DNA of 30,566 nucleotides from an uncultured Planctomycetales bacterium. Its GTDB lineage: Bacteria > Omnitrophota > Gorgyraeia > Gygaellales > Profunditerraquicolaceae. Below, piece after piece: positions 16,821 to 23,874 of the stretch (positions within the stretch are counted from its first letter, which is position 1; each line of letters begins with the position of its first letter). The notes below the pieces were generated by a model that made no database searches, was not told the origin of the DNA, and saw only the letters and a program-made list of their open reading frames with translations. The stretch covers positions 1 through 30,566 of the forward strand of contig CAZDUF010000004.1 of the NCBI GenBank assembly GCA_964508555.1. Reading direction: 5' to 3'. The translations under genes and the position numbers were made by a program.

Positions 16821-17836
16821 TTGATCAGTGTGCTCATACTGAAAATGGGGAAAAACAGGGCAACCACGATAAAACCCACGATAGCGCCCATAATCATAAT
16901 CAGCATGGGTTCAAGCAGTGAGAGGAATCCGGTGACTGCAAATGATACTTCCTCTTCGTAATCATCTGCGATGTCAAGAAAAAGGTCCATAATCTTGCCG
17001 CTCTCCTCCCCTACCTGGATCATGCGCACCACGGTCAGGGGAAAGACAGCGGTCTCCTCCATGGCAAGAGAGAGATTGGTGCCGGATTCAAGCTTCGCCC
17101 GGATCTCAGAAATCGCGCGGCAGAGGATCGGAGACAGGGTCGTCTCTTCAAGAACGTCGAGCGCCTTGACCAGAGTCACGCCGGATTGCAGCAACGTGCC
17201 GATCGTGCGGCAGAATCTGCCTAGATGCACGAGCTTATGCAGCTTTCCCGCGACCGGAATGGACCAGATGCAACGGTTGAGCAGATACCGTCCGCCCGGG
17301 TTACGCGACATGACCACCAGGCCTGCGGCGCCGATGATCAAAAGCAGTAACCCCAGCCAACCCCACTGCACAGTGAGTCTGCTCATGGTAATGAGCAGCT
17401 GCGTTGCGGGAGGCAGCGTCCCCCCCATGTCTTCGAACACCCGTACGAAAATCGGGACGACGAAAAGCAAAAGCAGAGTCACAATCGCGCCGGCCATAAT
17501 AGTAACCAGCACCGGATACATGAAAGCCGACTGGACCTGACGGGTAATGCGCTGCTGTTTGACCAAATGCTGGGACAACTCTTTGAAAACCCCGGTAAGA
17601 TTACCGCTGACCTCTGCTCCCCTGACCATGTTGACGTAGAACTGGGAAAAGAAACGCGGCGACTCACCGAGCGCTTCGGAAAGAGATTTACCCTCCTGCA
17701 CGGCGGCGATCGCATTCTCGACTTCGGTATTGAACCTGCCTGTGGGAAGCTGGGCGTGGATGATCTGGAGGGCCTTGAGCAGCGGAACGCCTGCCTTCAG
17801 CAGTGTATACAGCTGCCGCGTAAAGGTAATGACCAT
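16817..17836 (-). CDS. gspF: GspF/PilC inner-membrane platform protein, N-terminally short (339 aa)
   Basis: FTRQLYTLLKAGVPL, AEVSGNL, SAFMYP, FCRTIGTLLQSGV, MIQVGEESG, LLEPMLI. Confidence 0.92.
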   Translation of the reverse strand: MVITFTRQLYTLLKAGVPLLKALQIIHAQLPTGRFNTEVENAIAAVQEGKSLSEALGESPRFFSQFYVNMVRGAEVSGNLTGVFKELSQHLVKQQRITRQVQSAFMYPVLVTIMAGAIVTLLLLFVVPIFVRVFEDMGGTLPPATQLLITMSRLTVQWGWLGLLLLIIGAAGLVVMSRNPGGRYLLNRCIWSIPVAGKLHKLVHLGRFCRTIGTLLQSGVTLVKALDVLEETTLSPILCRAISEIRAKLESGTNLSLAMEETAVFPLTVVRMIQVGEESGKIMDLFLDIADDYEEEVSFAVTGFLSLLEPMLIMIMGAIVGFIVVALFFPIFSMSTLIK

Positions 17837-17842
17837 ATGGTC

Positions 17843-17871
17843 ATTGTAAAATACCTTCGGGGGAAATGCAA
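17843..17871 (-). promoter_or_regulatory. Sigma70 promoter of gspF (leaderless geometry) overlapped by an 18-bp perfect palindrome
   Basis: TTGCAT (17871-17866), 17-nt spacer, TACAAT (17848-17843), 6 nt, ATG 17836. Palindrome AATGACCATATGGTCATT at 17828-17845. Confidence 0.7.
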
Positions 17872-17888
17872 TATAAATTCAACTAAAG

Positions 17889-17930
17889 CAAAGGACCGGT
17901 TCAAACCCGGTGGTTAAACCGGTCCCTTTG
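17889..17930 (-). terminator. Intrinsic terminator after the lipoprotein pair
   Basis: GGACCGGTT (17893-17901) / AACCGGTCC (17917-17925), extendable with CAAA/TTTG; followed by TTTGCTTTAGTT on the minus strand. Confidence 0.7.
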
Positions 17931-17936
17931 ACGATT

Positions 17937-18368
17937 CTATTTCGTTGTCCTCCCGATTGTTCCCATCAAGTCCGTTTTGAGAGTCGAAAGCTGACGGGTA
18001 TCGACACCAACCGTCCAGATATTCGCCTGAAGAAGCGCCTGGGCCTCGGATTTGATGGCAATCGATTTGCGGTCTTCGGAAAACTTCATAGTAACACGCA
18101 CGCGGTAATTCTGCTGGTAAACCCCGGACCACGTATACATCCACGCCGTCCGGATATATCCGTTATCCTTCTCCACAAACTCTATATCGAAATCCCTCAC
18201 AAGAATTGCGAAAGTAGTCTCCCACGCACGCTCAAAATCAACGTCTTCGCGCACCTCGATTGTCATCCAACCGGGCTCAGATACCTGAGAGAATGACCGC
18301 GGGATGCGGGCTGTCGCGCAACCGCACACGCACAACGATAGAATCATCACACACGCAGACCATCTCAT
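17937..18368 (-). CDS. Lipoprotein of unknown function, paralogue B
   Basis: RBS AAGGAGG before ATG 18368; lipobox-like VCG|C; clear similarity to 18379-18813. Confidence 0.8.
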   Translation of the reverse strand: MRWSACVMILSLCVCGCATARIPRSFSQVSEPGWMTIEVREDVDFERAWETTFAILVRDFDIEFVEKDNGYIRTAWMYTWSGVYQQNYRVRVTMKFSEDRKSIAIKSEAQALLQANIWTVGVDTRQLSTLKTDLMGTIGRTTK

Positions 18369-18378
18369 GTTGACCTCC

Positions 18379-18813
18379 TTAACGAGTCGTCCGGCCAATG
18401 GTTCCCATGACGTCGGTCTTGATTGTTTCCAACAAGCGCGTGTCGTATCCCATCACCCACAAACCCTGCCCGCCGTATTCCGCTTCAGATTTAACCTCCA
18501 CCTTCGTGTGATCCGGTGAAAACTTGGCGGTTACGCGAACGCGATAGTTCTCCATGACCCTGCCCGTCCAGGTATAGAGCCAGGTTGTCCTGATATACCC
18601 ATCCTGCCGCGATATGATCTCAATATCGAATCTCTTAACCAAAGTATCAACGACCGCCTCCCATGCCTGATCATACGGGACATCAGTACGGATTTCAATG
18701 CTTGCCCATGACGGTTCCATCGTCTTGACGAATGTCCGCGGTGCCATACAGCCAGCAACTAGAAAAAGAAATGGCAACGCCAATGCCAAACCTGCGTTCA
18801 TCCTGTTTCTCAT
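18379..18813 (-). CDS. Lipoprotein of unknown function, paralogue A
   Basis: AGGAG lies 9 nt before ATG 18813 (alternative start 18822); lipobox LVAG|C. Confidence 0.8.
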   Translation of the reverse strand: MRNRMNAGLALALPFLFLVAGCMAPRTFVKTMEPSWASIEIRTDVPYDQAWEAVVDTLVKRFDIEIISRQDGYIRTTWLYTWTGRVMENYRVRVTAKFSPDHTKVEVKSEAEYGGQGLWVMGYDTRLLETIKTDVMGTIGRTTR

Positions 18814-18938
18814 AGCAGACATCTCCTCTCTTGATTGTGGATCCCGATTATAGCCCGAAACCGTACAGGGATCCTATTGCATTGCACGTTGAGGGATTTG
18901 TTCTCGTTTCTTTGGAGTACTCCGTCTCGCAAAAAGGC

Positions 18939-18961
18939 CCGCGAAGTTTTTATCTTCGCGG
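18939..18961 (-). terminator. Intrinsic terminator after the V4R-HAMP pair
   Basis: CCGCGAAG (18939-18946) / CTTCGCGG (18954-18961), then GCCTTTTT on the minus strand. Confidence 0.7.
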
Positions 18962-18979
18962 CTGAATACCGCCTGCAAA

Positions 18980-19522
18980 TTAATACTTACCGGGACGACC
19001 CTGCTCCTTCAGAAGACTATTGATCTCTTTCTTCAGCTCAATCATGCGTAATTCACGGCCCGTCATAAGCGTGTTCATGGCCTTGAGACTATCCCGCTCT
19101 TTCTTTAATTCCGCGTTCTTTTCAGTTATCTCTCTTTGGGCTTTATCCAAAGCAATGACCATCGCGTTAAACGCCCGGGAAAAATCCCCCATAAAATCAA
19201 CCCGCTGATTGAAATCTCCCGCGGCAATTTGCTCAACCTGCCACGTCAGGTGTCTCAGGTTGGATTGCAACTGCCTGAAAGGAGACGCCAAGAAGTTCTT
19301 TGCCCCAATGTCAATGTCCAGATTGCCTTGGGCCAAAGGGATAATAACGTCTTTGACCTCAGACAATGAATCCCTGAGCTTATTGACCATTTCACAAAGC
19401 TGCCTCATTTCGTCTTCGGCGTATCCGGAGACGTCAATCCTACCAGGGATTTCCCCGCTCAGCAAGCGATAAAGAACCTCAGTAACTTTGTCAATTTTCT
19501 CTTTATAGACCTGTATATCCAT
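18980..19522 (-). CDS. Soluble HAMP/coiled-coil signalling protein without an output domain
   Basis: HAMP-like repeats (LAQGNLDIDI; VEQIAAGDFNQRVDFMGDFSRAFNAMV), coiled coil, C-terminal GRELRMIELKKE motif; no TM, GGDEF or HisKA seen. Confidence 0.7.
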   Translation of the reverse strand: MDIQVYKEKIDKVTEVLYRLLSGEIPGRIDVSGYAEDEMRQLCEMVNKLRDSLSEVKDVIIPLAQGNLDIDIGAKNFLASPFRQLQSNLRHLTWQVEQIAAGDFNQRVDFMGDFSRAFNAMVIALDKAQREITEKNAELKKERDSLKAMNTLMTGRELRMIELKKEINSLLKEQGRPGKY

Positions 19523-19527
19523 AGCGA

Positions 19528-20052
19528 TTACTTCATATTCACGGCAAACCTGCAGACTCTATCACCTGATGCCCAGCAATCAACTTCTTTTGCGTGAAAT
19601 TCCTTCCCGGTGTAAGCATCGAGGATCCCGGCGATAAATCCCTCGTCATATTCACATATTGTCTCCCCACTCAACGGCAGACCAGAACAATCCAAATCCT
19701 CTGCAACGGTAAGAATAAAACGCATTTTATCAGTATCGGCCTTTTCTATCTTCAGAATCCCGATATTCAAATCTTTTAGTTTCCGCTGAAGGTCAGCGAT
19801 AAACTCATTAAAACTCAGTTTTGTATCCAACATATTCCTGCAAAACTCTTTGCCGGCTAATCTCCCGGCATTGGTAAATATTTCTTTGCCTTTCGCCGCG
19901 TCAAACTGTTTAATCAGCTCATCCCTGAGAGTGTATTGCATAAGTCTATACACTGTGACCGGACACAACGGGCCGAGATTCGGTCGTCCTTGTTCAATAT
20001 TTCCCAAGTCTTTCCACGAAAACGTATTTTCGTCGCGTTCTTCCTTAAACAT
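19528..20052 (-). CDS. V4R (4-vinyl reductase) domain protein
   Basis: GRPNLG, YRLMQY, AGRLAG, EDLDCSG, ICEYDEGFIAGIL, KEVDCWASGDRVCRF; ATG 20052 has a GAGGG RBS. Confidence 0.85.
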   Translation of the reverse strand: MFKEERDENTFSWKDLGNIEQGRPNLGPLCPVTVYRLMQYTLRDELIKQFDAAKGKEIFTNAGRLAGKEFCRNMLDTKLSFNEFIADLQRKLKDLNIGILKIEKADTDKMRFILTVAEDLDCSGLPLSGETICEYDEGFIAGILDAYTGKEFHAKEVDCWASGDRVCRFAVNMK

Positions 20053-20106
20053 AAGCCTGCCCTCTTTCAGTCTGAAACTCGCCCATGACACTGCACCTCA
20101 ATTCTG

Positions 20107-20220
20107 TCCCCCGCTCGATCGGAGATCTCTCGGCGGTGACGCCGAGGTGTCAGTAGTGTGCTGGCTCGTGAAACGCTCGAGTTCGTTACCCCTGCACGGT
20201 CGGAGACCGAGCAGGGGTCC
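20107..20220 (-). ncRNA. Putative structured RNA / cis-regulatory leader of the V4R gene, family not recognised
   Basis: Non-coding stretch with several GC-rich hairpins: 20188-20195/20211-20218 with inner 20197-20201/20205-20209; 20129-20135/20140-20146; 20165-20168/20178-20181. Confidence 0.4.
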
Positions 20221-20240
20221 GTTTTTCTTTTCTAGATGTT

Positions 20241-20280
20241 GCGACAAAACCGCACCAGTTCTGGATGGCGGTTTTGTCGC
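20241..20280. repeat. Perfect 13-bp inverted repeat downstream of tRNA-Ser
   Basis: GCGACAAAACCGC (20241-20253) / GCGGTTTTGTCGC (20268-20280); no following U-tract on either strand. Confidence 0.75.
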
Positions 20281-20295
20281 GCGTCGGAAGAAAAA

Positions 20296-20384
20296 CGGAG
20301 AGGCTGGGATTTGAACCCAGGGACCCGGTTTCCCAGGTCAACTCATTAGCAGTGAGCTCCGTTCGACCACTCCGGCACCTCTCC
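20296..20384 (-). tRNA. tRNA-Ser(GCT)
   Basis: GGAGAGG/CCTCTCC acceptor stem, anticodon loop CTGCTAA, long variable arm, TTCAAAT T-loop, G discriminator; CCA not encoded. Confidence 0.95.
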
Positions 20385-20481
20385 TCAATTTTTCCCGCTC
20401 TATTCGATAGAGGAAAAATTGATCCCGCCGAGTGCGTTAAAATTTTCCGCAGAAAATTTTGACGCATTTTACGAGGCGGGG
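20385..20481. repeat. Two stacked long hairpins immediately 5' of tRNA-Ser
   Basis: TCAATTTTTC (20385-20394) / GAAAAATTGA (20413-20422) enclosing CTCTAT/ATAGAG; TGCGTTAAAATTTT / AAAATTTTGACGCA (20433-20466) enclosed by CCCGCC/GGCGGG. Confidence 0.7.
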
Positions 20482-20556
20482 AAATTTTCCCTCGTTTAGG
20501 CAAGGGGCGATAGTTATACGTCCAAATTCGCAAGCAAACCTACATCAATGACTGCA

Positions 20557-21030
20557 TTAATCCTGTCGCTTTTCCCTCTTCTTCCTGAAAAATTCACTCA
20601 CCAGAGCCGCGCATTCAACCTGCTTCACTCCCCCCTGCACCGTAATCCGATGGTTGAGCTTCGCGTTGTGCGCGATATTAAAACACGACCCGCAGGCGCC
20701 GGTCTTCGGATCAGCCGCGCCGTAATAAATGTGCCTGACGCGCGCAAGAACCAGCGCGCCCGCGCACATGCTGCAGGGCTCAATTGTAACATAGACGCTC
20801 CCCTGCTGCAACCACTTCGACCCTGCGTAGCTCGCGGCCGAGGTCAACGCCAGCATCTCCGCGTGCGCTGTCGGATCACTCAGACGCTCCACCTGGTTAT
20901 GCGCCTTCGCGATAATTCGCCCCTGCTGGACAATGACGCAGCCGACCGGCACCTCGTCCTCTTCGAACGCGCGCCGCGCCTCATCCAGCGCGGCTTTCAT
21001 GAAATATTCGTGATTTCGTATCATACTCAT
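20557..21030 (-). CDS. tadA: tRNA-specific adenosine deaminase
   Basis: EVPVGCVIV, HAEM, TIEPCSMCAGA, YGAADPKTGA, FFRKKR. Confidence 0.95.
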   Translation of the reverse strand: MSMIRNHEYFMKAALDEARRAFEEDEVPVGCVIVQQGRIIAKAHNQVERLSDPTAHAEMLALTSAASYAGSKWLQQGSVYVTIEPCSMCAGALVLARVRHIYYGAADPKTGACGSCFNIAHNAKLNHRITVQGGVKQVECAALVSEFFRKKREKRQD

Positions 21031-21072
21031 CGTGTTCGTCCGGAATGAAGGGCAATGAACAAGGTGCCGATG

Positions 21073-22461
21073 CTACTTGCCTCGGGGGGAAAACAGACCC
21101 TGCTTACGCGGCTGGGGCTGGGAATGTAACAACGCCTCCCTGGTAACGCCGAGAGACGCGAGCGCAGACGGGGGATTCTGCGCGTAATGACGGCAGAATG
21201 CGGTAATATCCTTCATCGTGCGGAGGGAGCGCTCGACGAAAATCCCCATGATGCGCGTGCGCACCTCAAGCTCCAGCATGATGTCCTGCGGTTTCTTCCC
21301 GCTGATCAGGGCGATCTTGTCGCGGAACACACTCGGCACGCCGGGAGGCGTGAATTCAAGCGTCGAGAGGTTGCACGTCCACAGCGTCGACAGAAGCACC
21401 TGCTTCTGCTCCATGCCCGCGGTTTCGACCATCTCCGCGACCACGCGCCTGATCCTGCCGTCGACCATCAACCGGCGCATGATCACAAAAACGTCGACCA
21501 GATTCACCAGCACTTCCGGCACGTTCATCGGCTCGTTCTGCATCCGCAATATCGTCTCGCGCGCGGTCGAGGCGTGAATCGTGCCCATGCAGTATTTACC
21601 GATATTCATCGCGGTCATCAAATCGTGCGCTTCCCTGCCCCTGACCTCTCCCACAATCACGCGGTCAGGCCTCATGCGCAGCGAATTCTTGACCAGGTCC
21701 TCAAGCGTCAGCTCCTCATCGCTCTCCAGACGCGAAATATTCTCCTCGTACGCGGTATTGAGCTCAAACGTATCTTCAATAAGCACAATGCGATCGTTGC
21801 TTGGGATAAACGAGAGCAGCGCGTTCATCAGAGTGGTTTTTCCCGCGCCCGGACCGCCCGCGATAATCAGATTCGCGGGCTTGATCCCCAATCCTTCCAC
21901 ATACATCCAAAACAAAGCCGCCATAGCCGGATTCATGGCCCCGGAGATAATCAAATCAACGATGCTCAAAGGGTCTTCCTTTGCCCTGGTCAGGGTAATC
22001 TGGGGGCCGAACGGAGAAAACACGATATTCGCCCTGCCCTTGATACCGAGCAATTCGACGTTGTTGATTTTCTCGATTTTGTTCCTGCCGGAAAAGTAGA
22101 TGAGTTTCTTGATGAAGAGGTTCAAGTCATCGAACGTGGCAAAGGCCTTATCCGTCTTGTGCAGGCCGGAGGTTGTCTTGTGGATGTAAATGGGCGAGAG
22201 CGCGTTGATCATGATATCCTCGATATCGCGGTCAGCGAGGAAATCGTCGATCACGCCGTATTTGAGGAACTCGGCAAAGAACCGTTCGAGCTCCAGCCCC
22301 TCCCCTGCCTTGAAGGTGTGCTGGTAGCTCCCTGCATTGTATTCTTCGAGGAAAACTTTGAAGATGACTTCCTGACGCTGGGCGTGGTCCTGCAGGAGAA
22401 AAATGCGGCCGGGCAGCCTGTCGAGGATCTTGTTCTCGAACTCGATCTGCTCTCTGGTCAT
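21073..22461 (-). CDS. cpaF: CpaF/VirB11-family secretion ATPase (orphan)
   Basis: IEDIMIN, Walker A GGPGAGKTTL, LIEDTFEL, LRMRPDRVIVGEVRG, GTIHA. Start moved to ATG 22461 because the longer track ORF overlaps tRNA-Arg. Confidence 0.85.
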   Translation of the reverse strand: MTREQIEFENKILDRLPGRIFLLQDHAQRQEVIFKVFLEEYNAGSYQHTFKAGEGLELERFFAEFLKYGVIDDFLADRDIEDIMINALSPIYIHKTTSGLHKTDKAFATFDDLNLFIKKLIYFSGRNKIEKINNVELLGIKGRANIVFSPFGPQITLTRAKEDPLSIVDLIISGAMNPAMAALFWMYVEGLGIKPANLIIAGGPGAGKTTLMNALLSFIPSNDRIVLIEDTFELNTAYEENISRLESDEELTLEDLVKNSLRMRPDRVIVGEVRGREAHDLMTAMNIGKYCMGTIHASTARETILRMQNEPMNVPEVLVNLVDVFVIMRRLMVDGRIRRVVAEMVETAGMEQKQVLLSTLWTCNLSTLEFTPPGVPSVFRDKIALISGKKPQDIMLELEVRTRIMGIFVERSLRTMKDITAFCRHYAQNPPSALASLGVTREALLHSQPQPRKQGLFSPRGK

Positions 22462-22488
22462 AACGAATGCCTTCGGCGCGTAAAAAAA

Positions 22489-22562
22489 CGCGCCCAACAG
22501 GAATCGAACCTGTAACAACCAGTTCCGTAGACTGGTGCTCTATCCAATTGAGCTATGGGCGC
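22489..22562 (-). tRNA. tRNA-Arg(ACG)
   Basis: GCGCCCA/TGGGCGC acceptor stem, GCTC/GAGC D-stem, CCAGT-CTACGGA-ACTGG anticodon arm, TTCGATT T-loop; CCA not encoded. Confidence 0.95.
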
Positions 22563-22579
22563 ACTATGAAAGGAAAAAT

Positions 22580-22608
22580 ATTATACCCTATGCGCCTCTC
22601 TCTGTAAA
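22580..22608 (-). promoter_or_regulatory. Sigma70 promoter of tRNA-Arg
   Basis: TTTACA (22608-22603), 17-nt spacer, TATAAT (22585-22580). Confidence 0.8.
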
Positions 22609-22611
22609 GAA

Positions 22612-23259
22612 CTACCCCAGGGGAACAAAACGCAGCAAAGCACCAATCATCCCCATGATCAATTTCTGAATAACGATAATAACCGGGTCAAGGATACCCG
22701 TAAAGAGCAGGCCGATAAGGATAAAGAAACCATACGGCTCAATCCGCGCCAGGAACTCCTGTCCCCGGGCGGGGAGCATCGACATGAGGATACGCGACCC
22801 GTCAAGCGGCGGCAGAGGTATCAGATTGAAGGAACCGAGGATAATATTCACCTGCACGGTGCGCAGCATCATCGTCAGAAGCATCTCATTATCGGTCCTG
22901 AACGTCATCAGACCGATCAGGAGAACCGTGGCGATCAGGATATTGGCGGCGCACCCTGAGAGCGACACGCAGAACATGCCCAGCCTGCGCATGCGGAAAT
23001 TCTCCGGATTGATCGGCACGGGGTTGGCCCATCCGAAACCGGCAACAAGCAGCATGAGCGAACCGAGCGGATCCAGATGCGAGAACGGATTCAGCGTAAT
23101 CCTGCCGGCGCGCTGCGCGGTCCTGTCCCCGAAGGCGTACGCGACAACCGCGTGCGATAATTCGTGCGTGATCAGGGAATAAATAAACAGAACCGCCATC
23201 CCGAAAAAGTACACGGGATTCCCGACAATCATCTGTAACACGCCCATCGACCGTTCCAT
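22612..23259 (-). CDS. Site-2 protease (M50 family)
   Basis: HELSH, RITLNPFSHLDPLG, FGWANPVP, FNLIPLPPLDG. Confidence 0.93.
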   Translation of the reverse strand: MERSMGVLQMIVGNPVYFFGMAVLFIYSLITHELSHAVVAYAFGDRTAQRAGRITLNPFSHLDPLGSLMLLVAGFGWANPVPINPENFRMRRLGMFCVSLSGCAANILIATVLLIGLMTFRTDNEMLLTMMLRTVQVNIILGSFNLIPLPPLDGSRILMSMLPARGQEFLARIEPYGFFILIGLLFTGILDPVIIVIQKLIMGMIGALLRFVPLG

Positions 23260-23286
23260 AGACCTCTTGTCCCGTCCTTTGCTCTG

Positions 23287-23847
23287 CTACCCCGCCCTCG
23301 CCGTCGAAAGAGCCAGTTTATAATCCTGATCAAGCCGTCTCCAGGCTACGGCCACGAGATTCTCGAAGAATAGTATCTCAGCCGTCAGCACGATCTCGCC
23401 GACAGGCACGCTCCATTGCAGCAGGAATATCCCGAAATACAGCGAGGCGAACATCTGATTGATGCGCACCGCGAAGGTATCTGGGTTTTTGACCGAATAC
23501 TCCCACGCCAACCGGGCGACCCGGGCCATACCCAGGAGAAACGGGATTTCGCGCACGTCTACGGCATACACCGACAGAGACGGGATGAATGCGGTCATTG
23601 CCAACAGGAGACACACCATGACTGCGATGTCAGAGAACATGCGCGTTGCCGGATACAGCGTGCATCCTGCCACGCGCAGATACTCGTAACAGAAAAGAAG
23701 CAGGATCAGTCCCACGACAATCATGCGCTGGAACATAAACCCGACAAGCAGTCCGGGAAACGCGCTGATCCCGGCAACGAGCATGCTGCCGAGTGTGGCA
23801 GGATACAGGAGCCCTACAACGAGCTGGTGCGGTTGACTTTTCTGCAT
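23287..23847 (-). CDS. Hypothetical polytopic membrane protein
   Basis: AAGGAGG RBS; several hydrophobic segments; fills the gap between collinear genes. Confidence 0.65.
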   Translation of the reverse strand: MQKSQPHQLVVGLLYPATLGSMLVAGISAFPGLLVGFMFQRMIVVGLILLLFCYEYLRVAGCTLYPATRMFSDIAVMVCLLLAMTAFIPSLSVYAVDVREIPFLLGMARVARLAWEYSVKNPDTFAVRINQMFASLYFGIFLLQWSVPVGEIVLTAEILFFENLVAVAWRRLDQDYKLALSTARAG

Positions 23848-23874
23848 ACGCTCTCCCTCCTTGTCATACGCCGG

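Noticed and set aside
20107-20220. Assignment as a c-di-GMP-II or fluoride riboswitch
   Set aside because: Only short matches (AGTAGTG on plus, CTACTGACACCT on minus); the required partner motifs are absent.
17880-20384. Prophage or integrative element with att sites at tRNA-Ser
   Set aside because: No integrase and no duplicate of the tRNA 3' end found by eye near the far boundary.
20186-20533. ORFs 20186-20533 (-) and 20265-20462 (+)
   Set aside because: They overlap tRNA-Ser and palindromic DNA; spurious.
21187-22515. 442-aa plus-strand ORF
   Set aside because: Shadow of cpaF; its end overlaps tRNA-Arg.
22462-22518. N-terminal extension of the cpaF ORF in the track
   Set aside because: It is read through the tRNA-Arg gene; ATG 22461 is the plausible start.
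22609-22618. GAACTACCCC also present at 6091-6100
   Set aside because: Many chance 10-mer matches are expected in 30 kb.
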